Part shown: positions 39,936 to 52,446 of the stretch, one piece after another
How the letters are laid out: each line of letters begins with the position of its first letter
Numbering within the stretch: position 1 is the stretch's first letter
DNA from: the human T2T-CHM13v2.0 reference genome, Homo sapiens
Assembly (NCBI RefSeq): GCF_009914755.1
Contig: NC_060938.1
Reading direction: 5' to 3' (one strand)
Length of the DNA: 64,000 nt
Position numbers and translations under genes: made by a program
The notes under the pieces: model-generated
The model's database searches: none
What the model saw: only the letters and a program-made list of their open reading frames with translations
What the model was told of the DNA's origin: nothing

Positions 39936-40599
39936 GTACGAATAAGTTTTTTTAAATAGATTTAAATTTCAAAGGGTCAGAAAAATAATCTAGAATTACA
40001 AATTTTCTAAAGTTAATGCACTGAGAAAACAGAGAGGAGAGAACTCCGTGCTTAGGCTATCTGGATTCTGGAAGGATGGGTGTGAGAGGGAAGTCAGGGG
40101 CCTAGAGGCAAGAAGAAGCCTGACTGAAGTTTAGTGAAGTTGAAGGAAATATTAAGTCCATCTTGGTCAGCAGAGAAAAATGTTTGGTGCTAGTAAATGT
40201 GAAAAAAAAAAAAAGAAAAAAAAGACTTTCCAGAATTTTTGTAAAATTCAAGATGGTAGGTCTTTGGCATTTAAATAATTTATTGCTGTTTCTTTATTTA
40301 AGTGACCTAAAATATTTAGTCAAACATACTTTTAAAATTTTTAGACTTTTGAGAAACATGAAATTTAAATTGATATAAAAAGTTAATATAAAGAATTCTA
40401 GAGCATTAACTTAGTAGAAAGAAAATATAAATGGTGACTTTAACATATTATTCTGTAATTGCTATATGGAAAAAAATTCTCCATTAACAGAGAAAATTAA
40501 AATGGGTTAATGTTTAATAGCACTTGTGGGTTTAATTAAATATAAGGAATACTTCTCTATCTGTTAAATACAGTTAAATACTGGAGGTATATTTGAAAC

Positions 40600-41620
40600 A
40601 ACTGCCTTGCACATATATCATGTTGAACTTCACCTTCACCCAATTGTTAGAGAGTCCCTTCTGATATCTTGGCTACATTCAATGACTTTCCAATTTCTCT
40701 CTGCTATCAGAACAGTTTCACTTTGCTATAAAGTCCTGTTCGTTAAAAAACTTCAATCCCTGTCTCTTCTCATCGTCTCTGCCTATGCTGACTAGGTCTC
40801 AGTGGCTTTAAGGACTTAGAGTGTAAGGGGAAGACAAGGTCTACTCTTTTTACACTCCTCTTCAGTCGAAGGTGTGTTTTCAGGGTAGTGGTGGAGTGGC
40901 AAGGCGAGTGAAATGTGTAAAATATCCAACTGAAAAGGTTGTAGTTCTCTTTTTACTGGGTTTAAGCACTTTTTGGTTATCCTTGTGACTATCAATTAAA
41001 AGGAGACAGATGACTATTCCAGCAGGTTCCACTGTCTATTACAGAGTCACTTCTTTCCTGCATCTCCCTTAGTCCTGTGCTGTCTGTCCCTCCACATCCT
41101 CCTGCTGATCTTCACCTGTGACATTCACAGTTTCTCCCTCTGACATGTGATCTTTGTCCCAATGCTTTGAGTGCCCCAATAAAGCTGAAGCCCCAAATTT
41201 ATCGAGCCTCTCTGCCCAACAATCCAGATTGCATTGGAACTCAGTATCTATCTCCTGCACCTTTTAGAAACAAAACATGAATAGAGAAGATCCTTGCCTT
41301 CTCTTTGCTTGGCAGTCCCCTGGGAAACCATTTATTACTATCCAATTCTCTCTTTTGCCTTGTCCAGTTAGCACAGAAACAGATCATCAAGTTGAGACTT
41401 TCAAAGGATACCCAAAAAGGGGAAAACAATACTACTCTGTGTTTTTAGGGATCTTTTATCTTTATAAGTGAGTCTCTTGGAGCCCATTTCTCTTGGCTCG
41501 AGGAAGCAAGGTTATAGTTCATAATGATTAAACTCCTGAACAAGCCAATAACATCCTTAATTTTCAGCCCTCTTTTATATTGACTACAATTGGGCTAGGT
41601 AGAATAGGCTAGACTTCTAA
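40600..41620. mobile_element. Probable ancient LTR relic (MamGypLTR/LTR88-like)
   Basis: Locally higher GC; 'agtgagtctcttggagccc...cttggctcgagg' resembles old Gypsy-type LTRs. Family and orientation are uncertain. Confidence 0.35.
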
Positions 41621-42449
41621 ATGGCTATTTTGAGTAGTTCTGTTGGATTGTGGTTTATTCTGATTTATGATAACTTTGTATACTTATTGTGAAAAGAATG
41701 CGGTGCCTTCCATCTTCAGTTTAGGGTTTATGATACATTCTTGAACAGGGAAAACTCTCACAGGATATGTGGCTGCATGTAAAATATTTTCTCATAGGGT
41801 TGTTAAAGGCATTCAATGAAATTCTGTGTGTTAGGATCAGTGCTTAGAATATTCTGGACACACTGAAAGTTACCATAATCATGTTTCTCTTTTCCATCTT
41901 GAAATTCTTTCTTACCCTGGCCTTTGTCACAGTGACCCATTCAGATTATCCTGTCTCAATTTTACCATTTACTGGTTCCTCTAGCTGTCAACAACTGGTA
42001 GGTAAGCACCAAAATTTCACTACCATTGTAATACAATATATACATATACATCCATATTTTGGAGGCCATTTCTTTCAAGTTCCAGGCTCATGTGGCAAAG
42101 TGTCTCCAAAGAATTGATATGTAGTTATTTCAGCCTAATCTCTGTTTTTAAAATCAATTTTTTATCTAACTAAAAGTACCTTTCTTTACTATAATTTCCA
42201 TAATTTTTGTCTTTGACATTTTTTCCTCCATTACTGAAGACAAAAAACTCCAAATTTTATGAGAAACGTTTTTATCTGTAATGCAAAAGAATTAGCCAGA
42301 TAATAAATTTTATCAACCTTTATTATGGAAAAAATCAAATTTGTCTTTAGTTTTTCTTCTCACTGCAAACAGCAAAGGCAAACTCTTAGAACCTCATGTG
42401 TGGGCACTTGTGATAAGCCATTAACTGGTTAACCTTTGGGCCCTCTTTT

Positions 42450-43100
42450 CCAATCTCCAAATCATACTGCCCAGTGCTTTTCTAAACCAATCTGCGTTAA
42501 TCACTGCTTTCATAAAGGCACTCTCCTGCCAAAAAGGAAACTTCAATAGTTCCATTTTTGTCTTCAAAATAAAGTTCAAACTCTTTTATATAGCATTCAT
42601 AGATTCATATCTCTCTAAATCAGCCCCCAACTTTTGCCCCTGAAAATCTCCGCTTCAGCTGAAGTGGTCTCTTCACCATTTCCAAGATATAACTTGCTCA
42701 TCTATACATAAAACATACTATTTTTACTTATCTGCTTAACTAAAGCTCACCCTTCCAACAACTACCTCAAGTTTTACATTTCCAATGAAACATTCTAGGC
42801 AACACCCTCCATATCCTTGGAGTAACTTTTGCCAAATAAATTTCTTTTTATTTAACATTGAGATTTTTGAGAGGTTAGTATGTATGTTTTAGACCCTTGC
42901 TATTTGTTTTGTATCCATGATTTCATTCAACACACACACACACAAAAAAACTTGGAAAATGGGTGTTTCATCCACATCTTTCAGATGGAAACCTAGGCAT
43001 AAAAATGTTTCAAAATAAGTCAAGTTTCATTATATGGCAAGGCCAGGATTCAAATGATGGGGTTGTTCTCATTGTGAAATTCTTTTATTTTCATTACTTT
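42450..43100. mobile_element. L2 fragment followed by antisense MIR fragment
   Basis: 'cttcaaaataaagttcaaactc...tagcattca' (L2); 'tttcagatggaaacctagg...gccaggattcaaat' (MIR). Confidence 0.55.
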
Positions 43101-44084
43101 GCTGAAGCATTTGAGAGATAAAAATTAATGGAGACAAAGAAAAGAACTTTTGATTTCATGGAATATTGGGAACTTAAGGCAGACTGAAAATGTTAAGAAG
43201 TAAACAGATGCTAAAAAATAAGGTAATAGATCTACTTAATATTTGGATTCATTTTATATATATGCATAGAATTATATACATAATTTCAAAAAAAATGCCT
43301 AGATGGGCTCCATGTAGCGACATAAGGATTTAAAAGAAAAAGAAAATGAAAGGATGGGGAAGAAAAATAAATAACAGGGCTTTCCAACTGTAAGTAGGCT
43401 AAGAAAACTTTTCTGTGGACAGTCACTTTTATGAAGGACATTATGTTGTTAAGATATATTCTCAGTGAGGTATCATCAAATAGCAGCAAGCCATAGATAA
43501 TAAGGCCATATTAGCACATAAATGTAAAAGGTTTATATGTGCCCCATTCCAGTGACCTTTACTGTACACTGTCTTGAGTTTGCCATAAAATCATTAATAA
43601 GTTTGGTTAAAGGGGAATTGAAACTCATGCAACCGTGCCTAAATTACTTCTAGAAAAGTAAGTAGTGCCACAGTCATTAGTGTTTAAAATTAATGTGTGC
43701 ATTTTTCCTGTTAATAATTATGCCCATTTAAAATAACCATTACTCCTATAATGTGAATTTAATGAGGAAAATATATGAGAATATTATTAATTTTCTTTCT
43801 GTTAAATTAACAAGCCCTTTTGCTGTTATCTAATGTGAGTATCAATAGTAAAAAAATCAATTAAAGTCAAATACAAAGTTGATGAGGACTCAAAAACAAC
43901 TTCAACTCACATATAGCATACTGCCATTAAAATATTAGAAAATAAACATACACGTTTCTACACTAAAGTAAGCATGCATAAATAATTAATGTGGGGACTG
44001 ATATGGCATTCACCAAATCTTGCATCTGTTTTCATATCATTTCCCATAAAGTCAACATAACATTGTGAGACTAGTGTTGAGCAA

Positions 44085-44480
44085 TATTTTTTAAATTTTT
44101 TATGTTGAAATAATGTAAGAATAGAAAATCCATAAAAATAGCACAAATAATTCATGTACACTCTTCATCCAGATTCCCCAAGCATTGACATTTTAATATA
44201 TTTGCTTTATTATTAATATTTTTTTCTTCCTTTTTTCTGGTCTCTTTGTCTCTCTCTGTACACAAACAGGTGAACACACACACACACACTATTTGCCTAA
44301 ATGTATGAGCAACTCACACAGTTACATTATGTTCTTTAACTCTAAATACTTTAGTGTGGGTCTCCTAATAACAAGATTCTTAAGCAGAGAACAAGTATCA
44401 AAATCAGATTATTAACATTTTGTATTCTTATTCAATACACATAATTTATTTAAATTTTTCTTAGCAGTGTTTTTAAAACA
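44085..44480 (-). mobile_element. L1MC4-like 3' UTR fragment
   Basis: 'cttcatccagattcccc...acatttt', 'ctctaaatactttagtgtg...tcctaa'. Confidence 0.65.
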
Positions 44481-45917
44481 ATGCTTTACAGGCATACCTT
44501 GTAATATCACACTTTGCTTTATTGCACTTCACAGATACTGAGTGTTTTACAATTGAGGATTTTGGCTACCTGTGTAGAGCAAGTCTATCCATGCCATTTT
44601 TCCAACAGCATGTGCTCACTTCATGTCATTATGTCGTATTTTGGTAACTCTCATGGTATTTCAAGCTTATTCATTATTACTATATCTGTTATGGTTAACT
44701 GTATCAGTGATCTCTCATGTTACTCTTGTAATTGTTTTAGGGTGCCATAAGATAGCTAACTTAATACATACCAGTATGTGTTTTGACTGCTTCACCAACT
44801 AGCTATTCCTGTTTCACTCTCTCTCCTCGGGCCTCCCTATTCCGTGAGATACAACATATCGCATAGGCCAATTAATGGCCTACATTGGCCTCTAAGTGTT
44901 CAAGTGAAAGAAAGAGTCAAACAAACGTCTCTCATTTTAAATCAAAAGCAAGAAATGATTAAGCTTAGTGAAGAAGGCATGTTGAAAGTCAAAGCAGGCC
45001 AAAAGCTAGGCCTCTTATGCCAAATAGCCAAGTCATTAAGGCAAAGGAAAAGTTCTGGAAGGAAATTAAACGTGCTACTCCAGTGAATACATGAATGACA
45101 AGAAAATGAAACGGGCTTATTGTGATACGGAGAAAGGTTTAGTGGTCTGTATAGAAGATCAAACCAGCCACCACATTCATTTAAGCCAGAGCCTAATCCA
45201 GAGCAAGACTCTAGCTACCTTCAATTCTTTGAGGGTTCAGAGAGGTGACAAACTTGCAGAAGAAAAGTTTGAAGCTAACACATGTTGGTTCCTGAGGATT
45301 AAGGTGAGAAGCCATCTCTACAACATAAAAAGTACAAGGTGAAGCAACAAGTGCTGATGTAGAAGCTGCAGCAAGTTATCCAGAAAATCTAGTGGAGACC
45401 ATTGGTGAAGGTAGCTACACTAAACAGTAGATTTCAATGTAGACAAAACAGTCTTCTATTGGAAGAAGATGTGTTCTAAGACTTCCATAGCTAGAGAGGA
45501 GAATCCAATTGAAGAATTCAATGCTTAGCCTCAAAGCTTTAAAAGACAAGATGTCTTATTAAGGGCTAATGTGATGACTTTAAGTTGAAGCCAATGCTCA
45601 TGTACTATTCAAAATCCTAGGGCTCTTAAGAATTATACTAATGTCACTCTGCTGTGATACACTAATGGAACAATAAAGGCTAGATAGATGATAGCACATC
45701 CGCTCACAGTATAATTTATTGAATAGTTTAAGCCCATTTTTGAAACTTACATCTCAGAAAAAAAAAAAAAAGATTCTTTCAAAATATTATCGCTCATTGA
45801 CGATGTACCTAGTCACCAAGTGCCCTGATGGAGATGTTCAAAAAGATGAATATCTTCATACTGGCAAACACAACATCCATTCTGCAGCCCATTAATCAAA
45901 AAGTAATTTTGACTTTC

Positions 45918-46231
45918 CTTTTTTTCTTTTTTTAAGAGACAGGATCTTGCTCTGTTGTCCAGGCTGGAGTGCAATACTGTCATCATAGCTCACTGCTGCC
46001 TCAAACTCCTGAGCTCAAGTGATCCATTTGTCTCAGCCTCACAAGCAGCTGGGACTACAGAGATACACCATCACAGCCAGCTATTCTTTCGATTTTTTAA
46101 TTTGTTATAGAAACGGGGTCTCACTATTTTGCCCAGGCTGGTCTCAAACTTCTAGGCTCAAGTGATCTCTCATTCTTGCTCCTCACTTCCCTATGTGCTG
46201 GGATTACAAGTGTGAGCCAATGTACCTGGCA
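45918..46231 (-). mobile_element. AluJ SINE
   Basis: J diagnostics (catagctcactgc, gggtctcactat); perfect 14-bp TSD taattttgactttc at 45904-45917 and 46232-46245. Confidence 0.95.
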
Positions 46232-46273
46232 TAATTTTGACTTTCAAGTCTTATTATTTAAGAAATAAATTTC

Positions 46274-46581
46274 GGCCGGGCGCAGTGGCTTACGCCTGTA
46301 ATCCCAGCACTTTGGGAGGCCGAGGCGGGCAGATCACGAGGTCAGGAGATCGAGACCATCCTGGCTAACACGGTGAAACCCCGTCTCTACTAAAAATACA
46401 AAAAATTAGCCGGGAGAGGTGGCGGGCGACTGTAGTCCCAGCTACTGGGGAGGCTGAGGCAGAATGGTGTGAACCCCGGGGGGCGAAGCCTGCAGTGAGC
46501 CGAGATCGCGCCACTGCACTCCAGCCTGGGCGACAGCGAGACTCCGTCTCAACAATAAATAAATAAATAAATAAATAAATA
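46274..46581 (+). mobile_element. Young AluYe-lineage SINE (AluYe5-like)
   Basis: CpG-rich; diagnostics 'gaggtggcgggcg', 'gaaccccggggggcg', 'agcctgcagtg', 'gacagcgagac'; (AAAT)n tail; TSD aaataaatttc at 46263-46273 and 46582-46592. Confidence 0.9.
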
Positions 46582-46940
46582 AAATAAATTTCATAAGGCT
46601 CTAGCTGCCGTAGATAGTGATTCCTCTGATATATCTAAGCAAAGTCAACTGAAAACCTTCTGGAAACTATTTACCATCCTAGATGTCATTAAGAACATTT
46701 GTGATTTATGAGAGGAGGTGAAAATATCAACATTAAAAATAGAGTTTGGAAAAATTTGATTTCAGTCCCATGAATGAATTTGAGGGGTTAAAGACTTCAG
46801 TGGAGAAAGTAATGGCAGATGAGGTGGAAATAGCAAGAGAATTAACATTAAAAGTGGAGCCTGAAGATGTGACTGAATAGCCAGAGTCTGATGATAAAAC
46901 TTGAATGGATGAAGAATTGTTTATTTAGTTTTCTATTTGA

Positions 46941-47047
46941 TGAGAATTTAGAATATTACACAGATGTATTTGATAAAGTACCAGAAGGGTTTGAGAATTT
47001 AGAATATTACACAGATGTATTTGATAAAGTACCAGAAGGGTTTGAGA
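46941..47047. repeat. Perfect 51-bp tandem duplication inside Tigger1
   Basis: 46941-46991 is identical to 46992-47042, followed by TGAGA; visible in the ORF track as ENLEYYTDVFDKVPEGF twice. Confidence 0.97.
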
Positions 47048-47799
47048 GCATTGATTCAAATTTTGAAAGAAATTCTACTGTAGGTAAAATGCTATCAAAC
47101 AGCATCACATACTACATAAAAATCTTATATGAAAGGAAGAGTCAATTGATGCAGCAAACTTCATTACTGTCTTATTTTAGGAAATTGCCACAGGCACGCC
47201 AAGCTTCAGTAAATACCAACCTGATCAGTCAGCAGCCATCAGCATTGAAACAAGACCCTCAACCACCCAAATTATGCTGTGAACTCACTGAAAGTTCAGA
47301 TAATAGTTTGCGTTTTTCAGCAATAAAGTATTTTAATTAAGCTATATGCATTTTTAGACAATGCCATTGCACAATTAATAGACTATAGTGTAATTATACT
47401 TTTATATGCACTGCGAAACCAAAAAATGCATGTGACTTGCTTTACTGTGATATTCACTTTATTTCAGTGGTCTAGAACCTAACCTGCAGTATCTCTGAGG
47501 CCTGCCTGTGTATAACTGTAAATATTCATTTGTTTCGAGGTAATTTTAAGACTTTCAGAAATGCTATTCCTGTAAGATGTTCACTCTGTTAATTTTAGTA
47601 ATGGAAAATATTCCTCACTTTCCATCCTAGATAAAACTCATCTGGTCTTCAAATGTTATTAAAAGAAATTTGAACGGACAGCCTCAAAATAGATTGACTG
47701 AATATAAATAAATTTTAAGGTTCAGATATAAATGAAAAATAAAAAGCTTACATCAATGATTTCAAATGGCAACCTGGATCTGCTCTAGGATACCAGACA

Positions 47800-48000
47800 C
47801 TTAGATAATTATTTTCATGTGTCATGTCAGTGAATCCTCTCAACAATATTAAGGTCAATATTATTAAATAATCTCATTGATGAAAAAACTGAAATTGAGT
47901 TTTAATAACTGGTTCAAGGTCCTAGATAACAAAACTATATAGGATTTAGAAGTTGATCCTAAGTATATGCCACAAAGCAGAGTCCAAGCATTTCATTATG
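47800..48000 (-). mobile_element. MIR SINE
   Basis: 'aatcctctcaacaat...gatgaaaaaactga...aataactggttcaaggtc...ggatttagaa'. Confidence 0.7.
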
Positions 48001-50582
48001 TCTGCCTTTGTTTCTGCTGTGAAATTCACATTACCATGGCTTCCCATCTTGCTGTCAAGCTTTGCATAAAGGCCATCCCTACCTTCCTCTGCTTATCTCA
48101 GGAATCTCTGACTATAGGATTCTCTTTGCCTTCTCAGACTCATCATTTAAGGTCGATATGGTGCCTACATTCTTGTCCCCACACATCTGCCACATGACTC
48201 CTGTTAGAGACATCTGCCAAACTATTCACCAATAGCTTATTATGCACATGGTACATAGAAAAATATTTGGTCCAGAGGCTGGAGGTGGGCAAAGATTCCA
48301 CAGCTAGCACTTTCTGCCACTTTCTGAGCTGTTCCCCATTTCAACCTGCTCTTCTGTTTTACCCTTAAAAATAAGTTTGGCTTGTATAAAACATAACCTC
48401 ATATGAAGTCACAAAAATTATGGTTCAGAATGCTGGCACTTCACTTAGGAACATCTATTGACTGACCCTTCTGTTATTGTTGCTTATGTTTCTGGAGGTT
48501 AATACTTTTGAAAAAGCACATTCAAAGGAGTTCTAGAATAATTTACCCCAGAATACAGGTACAAACAATAGTTCATATCTAATTCCCTTAAGAGCTGAAG
48601 AGAAAAAATTCAACAAAATAAGGATTGTCATATTTGTTGCAAAAAATCTTTGTAGGTAAGTGGAATTACCTGTTAAAACTGACATTTTCTTTTCTTGTCT
48701 TTCCTGAGAAATTCTTGGAGTACGCCCTTAGTGTAACTTTAATTTTCTCTTTGCCCTGACTTGGTGGCTTGATTTACATAATTCATAATCCTGATTCATA
48801 TGTAAGTCATTCATTTGCTTTCTTCTCCAAAATCCAGAGAACTTCCAAATGCAAAGATGGTACCAGTGAGTTTGCACATGCTGACACCTAAAAGCAAACA
48901 GGAATTAATAATGTACACACACAAAGTATGTTTAATTTACGAAGTCAGACCTGCATTTGTAAGATTGTGTACCTACCGACATCCCTCTACTAATTTTTAA
49001 TGAGATGGTGAGAAGTCTGGAAACTGTATTAGATTCCTGAGAACAGGAGTGCAAAAATAATATGGGGTACATTCAATTTAGAGCATTCTGTAGTCCCAGA
49101 AGGTTTACCCTGAAGTACAGTAGAAATGGAATACAGGATACATGTAAAAGAAGAAAACTGCATAGCAAAAGTGTTTCACAAGAGTAGATTTGAGTATTTT
49201 TTTTTCTAGAAGCAAAGTATGTATAATACTAAGACCATGCAGTCACTAGAGCTTAATGTTTTAAAATACAGATAAATATAGAGTCTTGCATGAAGAGAAA
49301 AGTGTTATTGTATTGTTCTTTAATAGGATTTTAGGGACTTCCTCAAAAAGCTCCAGTTTGAAGAGATACTTAAAATAGATCTCTAAAAATAGCAAGTAAT
49401 AAAATAAAAATAAAATATATACCTTTTGTATATTATACTTTGAAAAATCACCTGCATATTCTCATCTGGGAGAAACCTTTTATAAAAATATTTGTGTTTT
49501 CTTTAATATGTACTGCAGAAATAAATTTACCTGTTAAAAGTGCACATAAAGTAAAAAGTGAATTATATATATATACATTTTATTTTAACATTTAACTATA
49601 CAGAAATTATACAAATAAGTTATAAAATATATATTTTTGCAACAGCATTGAATGCTTTTTGTATTAATTTAGTTAATCAGGCCAATAAGTGATCAAAATA
49701 ATAATTTTTTAAATTAAAATGATATATCACAAATATTTTCTAGGCCTACTGTTATTAAAGCAATTAGAAGTTTATGTTTTTCCAGTCAAAATTTGCAGGT
49801 TATCTTAAAACACTCTCAATTCAGAACACTTTTGCCATCCCAAAAGTGTTTTCTACCTCCTCAGAAGAAATCCATTTTTGTATGTCTTTGCTGCCTTTGA
49901 ACTCTTTAATGGCGTATTAAGTACAAGAGATACTTTTGTGCGGAGATTTGGAGAGTGGAAGTAAAGCGGTAGTTATTGGTTTTATGCTTAGAAGGTTGAA
50001 ACAGGTGCTTTTGCAGCTCTTACGTGTGGCACTTGTCTGCTGGCTAATTTGGTCTGGGACAGAAGCCAGGCCTGCAATTACTCCACCTTGCCCTAGTGGA
50101 TCTTTGCTGACTGGGTTTGAGATGTGCTCAGCACTGTGATGAAAGGTGACAGCTTTTCTTGCAGGACACCTAAGGGTTCTAGTCCATCTTTATCATTTCC
50201 AGCCAGCTTATGCTCACAGACTCCAGATCATGGTCGTGTGTTTAAATTTATTCTTGTTCTATGCACTTTACATTCATCTTTCTTTCTCAATGGCCACCAC
50301 GTGGACCTCAAGCTCTAACAATGGAAGCAAAGATAGCAGTCGTATAGTGTTTAACCAACACCTGTAATGGCTAAAGTCTTTGTTTTCTGGTTGAACCCTG
50401 ATACAGTCATTACCATCATCAGAAATAATTTGTAAATCAAGAAAGCAACACTAAAATGAAATAAATTTAATCTAATAACATAAGAAGTAAAAGCAAGGTC
50501 CACAAAAATCTTTTAAAAAGTTTTATGTTTATAGCAATCTTTATTTCTTGACATCCTTATTTAAAGATTTCAGATAACTAAA

Positions 50583-51221
50583 AGATACCAATAATTAAGC
50601 TATTTTTTCTTAGCTTCAAATCTACCCTTCTTTGTGATTCTGGAGTTAGAGTTCTACAATTCTCCCCTTCATCGGCTAGAATTCTATTGGAATATATAAA
50701 TTAGGAGCATGAAAGGGTCACTGCATGAGGACGAGAGAGCATTTGCTTTTTCCTGTTTGTTTTCTATTCTTGTTGGAGCCTCCCTACCAATGGCTCTGCT
50801 CTGGCAGGAACAGTTGGTTATAGTAGCCAGCTTCTTTAGTTAATTCTAAAGCCAGTTTACCAAAACTCCTTATGAAGGCCAGCCAACCAGCCCTACCCCT
50901 CCCCAGAAGTCTGAGCCCTTGTTCTATGGGCCTCTCCTTTTATCATCTAAGGCACTAAAAAGAAAAAAAAAAAAAAATCCCACCTTAGAATGCTAAGTAC
51001 CTCTGTCTTGTGGAGTCTTTCATCTGTGCTTCTATCTGCTCCCCCTCAAACTGCCACATTATTTCACCCAGACCTAGAGATGGCCTGTTTCTTGTGTGAG
51101 TGTTTTATTTTTTATTTTTCATACTCTAACTCCTGTTTAACTAGTTCCCTGTATTAAATTATGTCTGTTCAAAATAACCAGAGTTCTTTCTGAATTCCTG
51201 ACTACATCCTAAATGATGAGA
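50583..51221 (+). mobile_element. LTR41/LTR33-family ERVL solo LTR
   Basis: 'ttaagctat...agcttcaaatctacccttc...ttgtgattctgg' start and 'agttccctgtattaaatt...ctgttcaaaataacc...tcctgact' end. Confidence 0.7.
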
Positions 51222-52446
51222 CCATCACAAATTCTTTTCACTAAAGTATTTTAAACACTAACTTAATTTATCACTTTATAAAATTCTAAATGACAAGCTA
51301 AAACTGATTGTGTGGATTTTATATGACTAACTGTGTGGGCTTTAGTTAGTTAATGAAAAGATGAAATACTGGGTGGAAGCAAAGCAGATTATTTTTGCCA
51401 TGTTGTGTATGACCATATAATATGCAGCTGAAGACTTTAATACTGATATTTCTTTCCAGATTCCATTGTCAGTATCCATATATGTGTCAACTTCTGGTTT
51501 AATATATGATTCATTTTTTATTGTCTCAGTTGCCCTTTGTTCTGTTAGCATTAATATATATTTTTATATATTTTAGTTTTACTTTTTCGCACAATAATTG
51601 AGTAATTATTCAATTGAAAAAGTTTTCTTTGAGCTTTTCTTATGCCTAAAGAAGTAAATTATCACATACAACATATGAAGGAGGAGTTAGATTAAAATAG
51701 CTTCAAAACAGCTTTCTACTGAAAACATTATTCAAAGGCACAGATAATTTTCATGAAACTTTTAAATTTTATACTGGAAGAATATTTACCTTGTCTGAGC
51801 CAATTGCTCTATTTGGACTTGTTATTTATAACAGATTTTTTTTTCACATGAACAAATTCATATTTTATCACTTTATCAAAGTGTTATTTTATGGGTAGTT
51901 GCATCTGAACTTTATCAAGTAACTTATTGGAATATCTAGGTGTTACATGCAATCTCTGGGATGTTTTGAATGAGAGAGGCTGAAATAAATGCATTCTCTT
52001 CTGGATTTTATATGTATTTATTGAGTATTAATGTTACTTAAAGAAATACGAGTCCCTTCAGGGCTTGTGTGTGTGTTTATTTATGTGTGTCTGTGTGTTT
52101 GTGTAAGGAAGAAAAAGCAAACACAATAAAGTAGACTGTGGGAGTAGAACTGTGGCATTCAGATGTGAAGAGAAAATGTCAGTTTACCTCGGGCCCTGAA
52201 AAACAATATATTTGAAAAGTTCAGTTATGCCCATATTAAAAAGTGGTGATCTTTAAATGGGTAAGAATATTAGTAATGGATGTATATTTAATTATAATTA
52301 CTTTTTCCTTGGTAATTAAGTTTTCAGTTTTGGTTCATAAATGGTCAAATATTTTACAAATCAAACACTTCCAAGTATGAATCTTGCTTCCTGGATTATA
52401 AGTATGTCTAAAGACTTAAAAACAATATCTCAAAAGAAGTCTTGAA

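Larger units (their letters stand above)
37250..40169 (-). mobile_element. MER31/MER67-family ERV1 solo LTR, split by an L1 (pieces 37250-~37612 and ~39944-40169)
   Basis: Ends tgtcaaagcaaaaattgcacc and catcttggtca; near-TSD gtag/gcag; the two halves are colinear with the recalled consensus. Confidence 0.8.
44489..47508 (+). mobile_element. Full-length Tigger1 (TcMar) DNA transposon with dead transposase, interrupted by two Alus
   Basis: TIRs (TA)CAGGCATACCT and GAGGCCTGCCTG; transposase peptides EMIKLSEEGMLK, IEDQTSHHIHLSQSLIQSK, NFERNSTVGKMLSNSI. Confidence 0.95.

Noticed and set aside
46891-47340. 149-aa ORF with an internal 17-aa repeat as a domesticated transposase gene
   Set aside because: It is the decayed 3' part of Tigger1 lengthened by the 51-bp duplication; the upstream transposase is broken by stops, frameshifts and two Alus.
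52175-52215. 8-nt minus-strand microexon (ttttcAG GGCCCGAG GTAAAC)
   Set aside because: Not frame-preserving, no host gene is evident, and such a motif is expected by chance.
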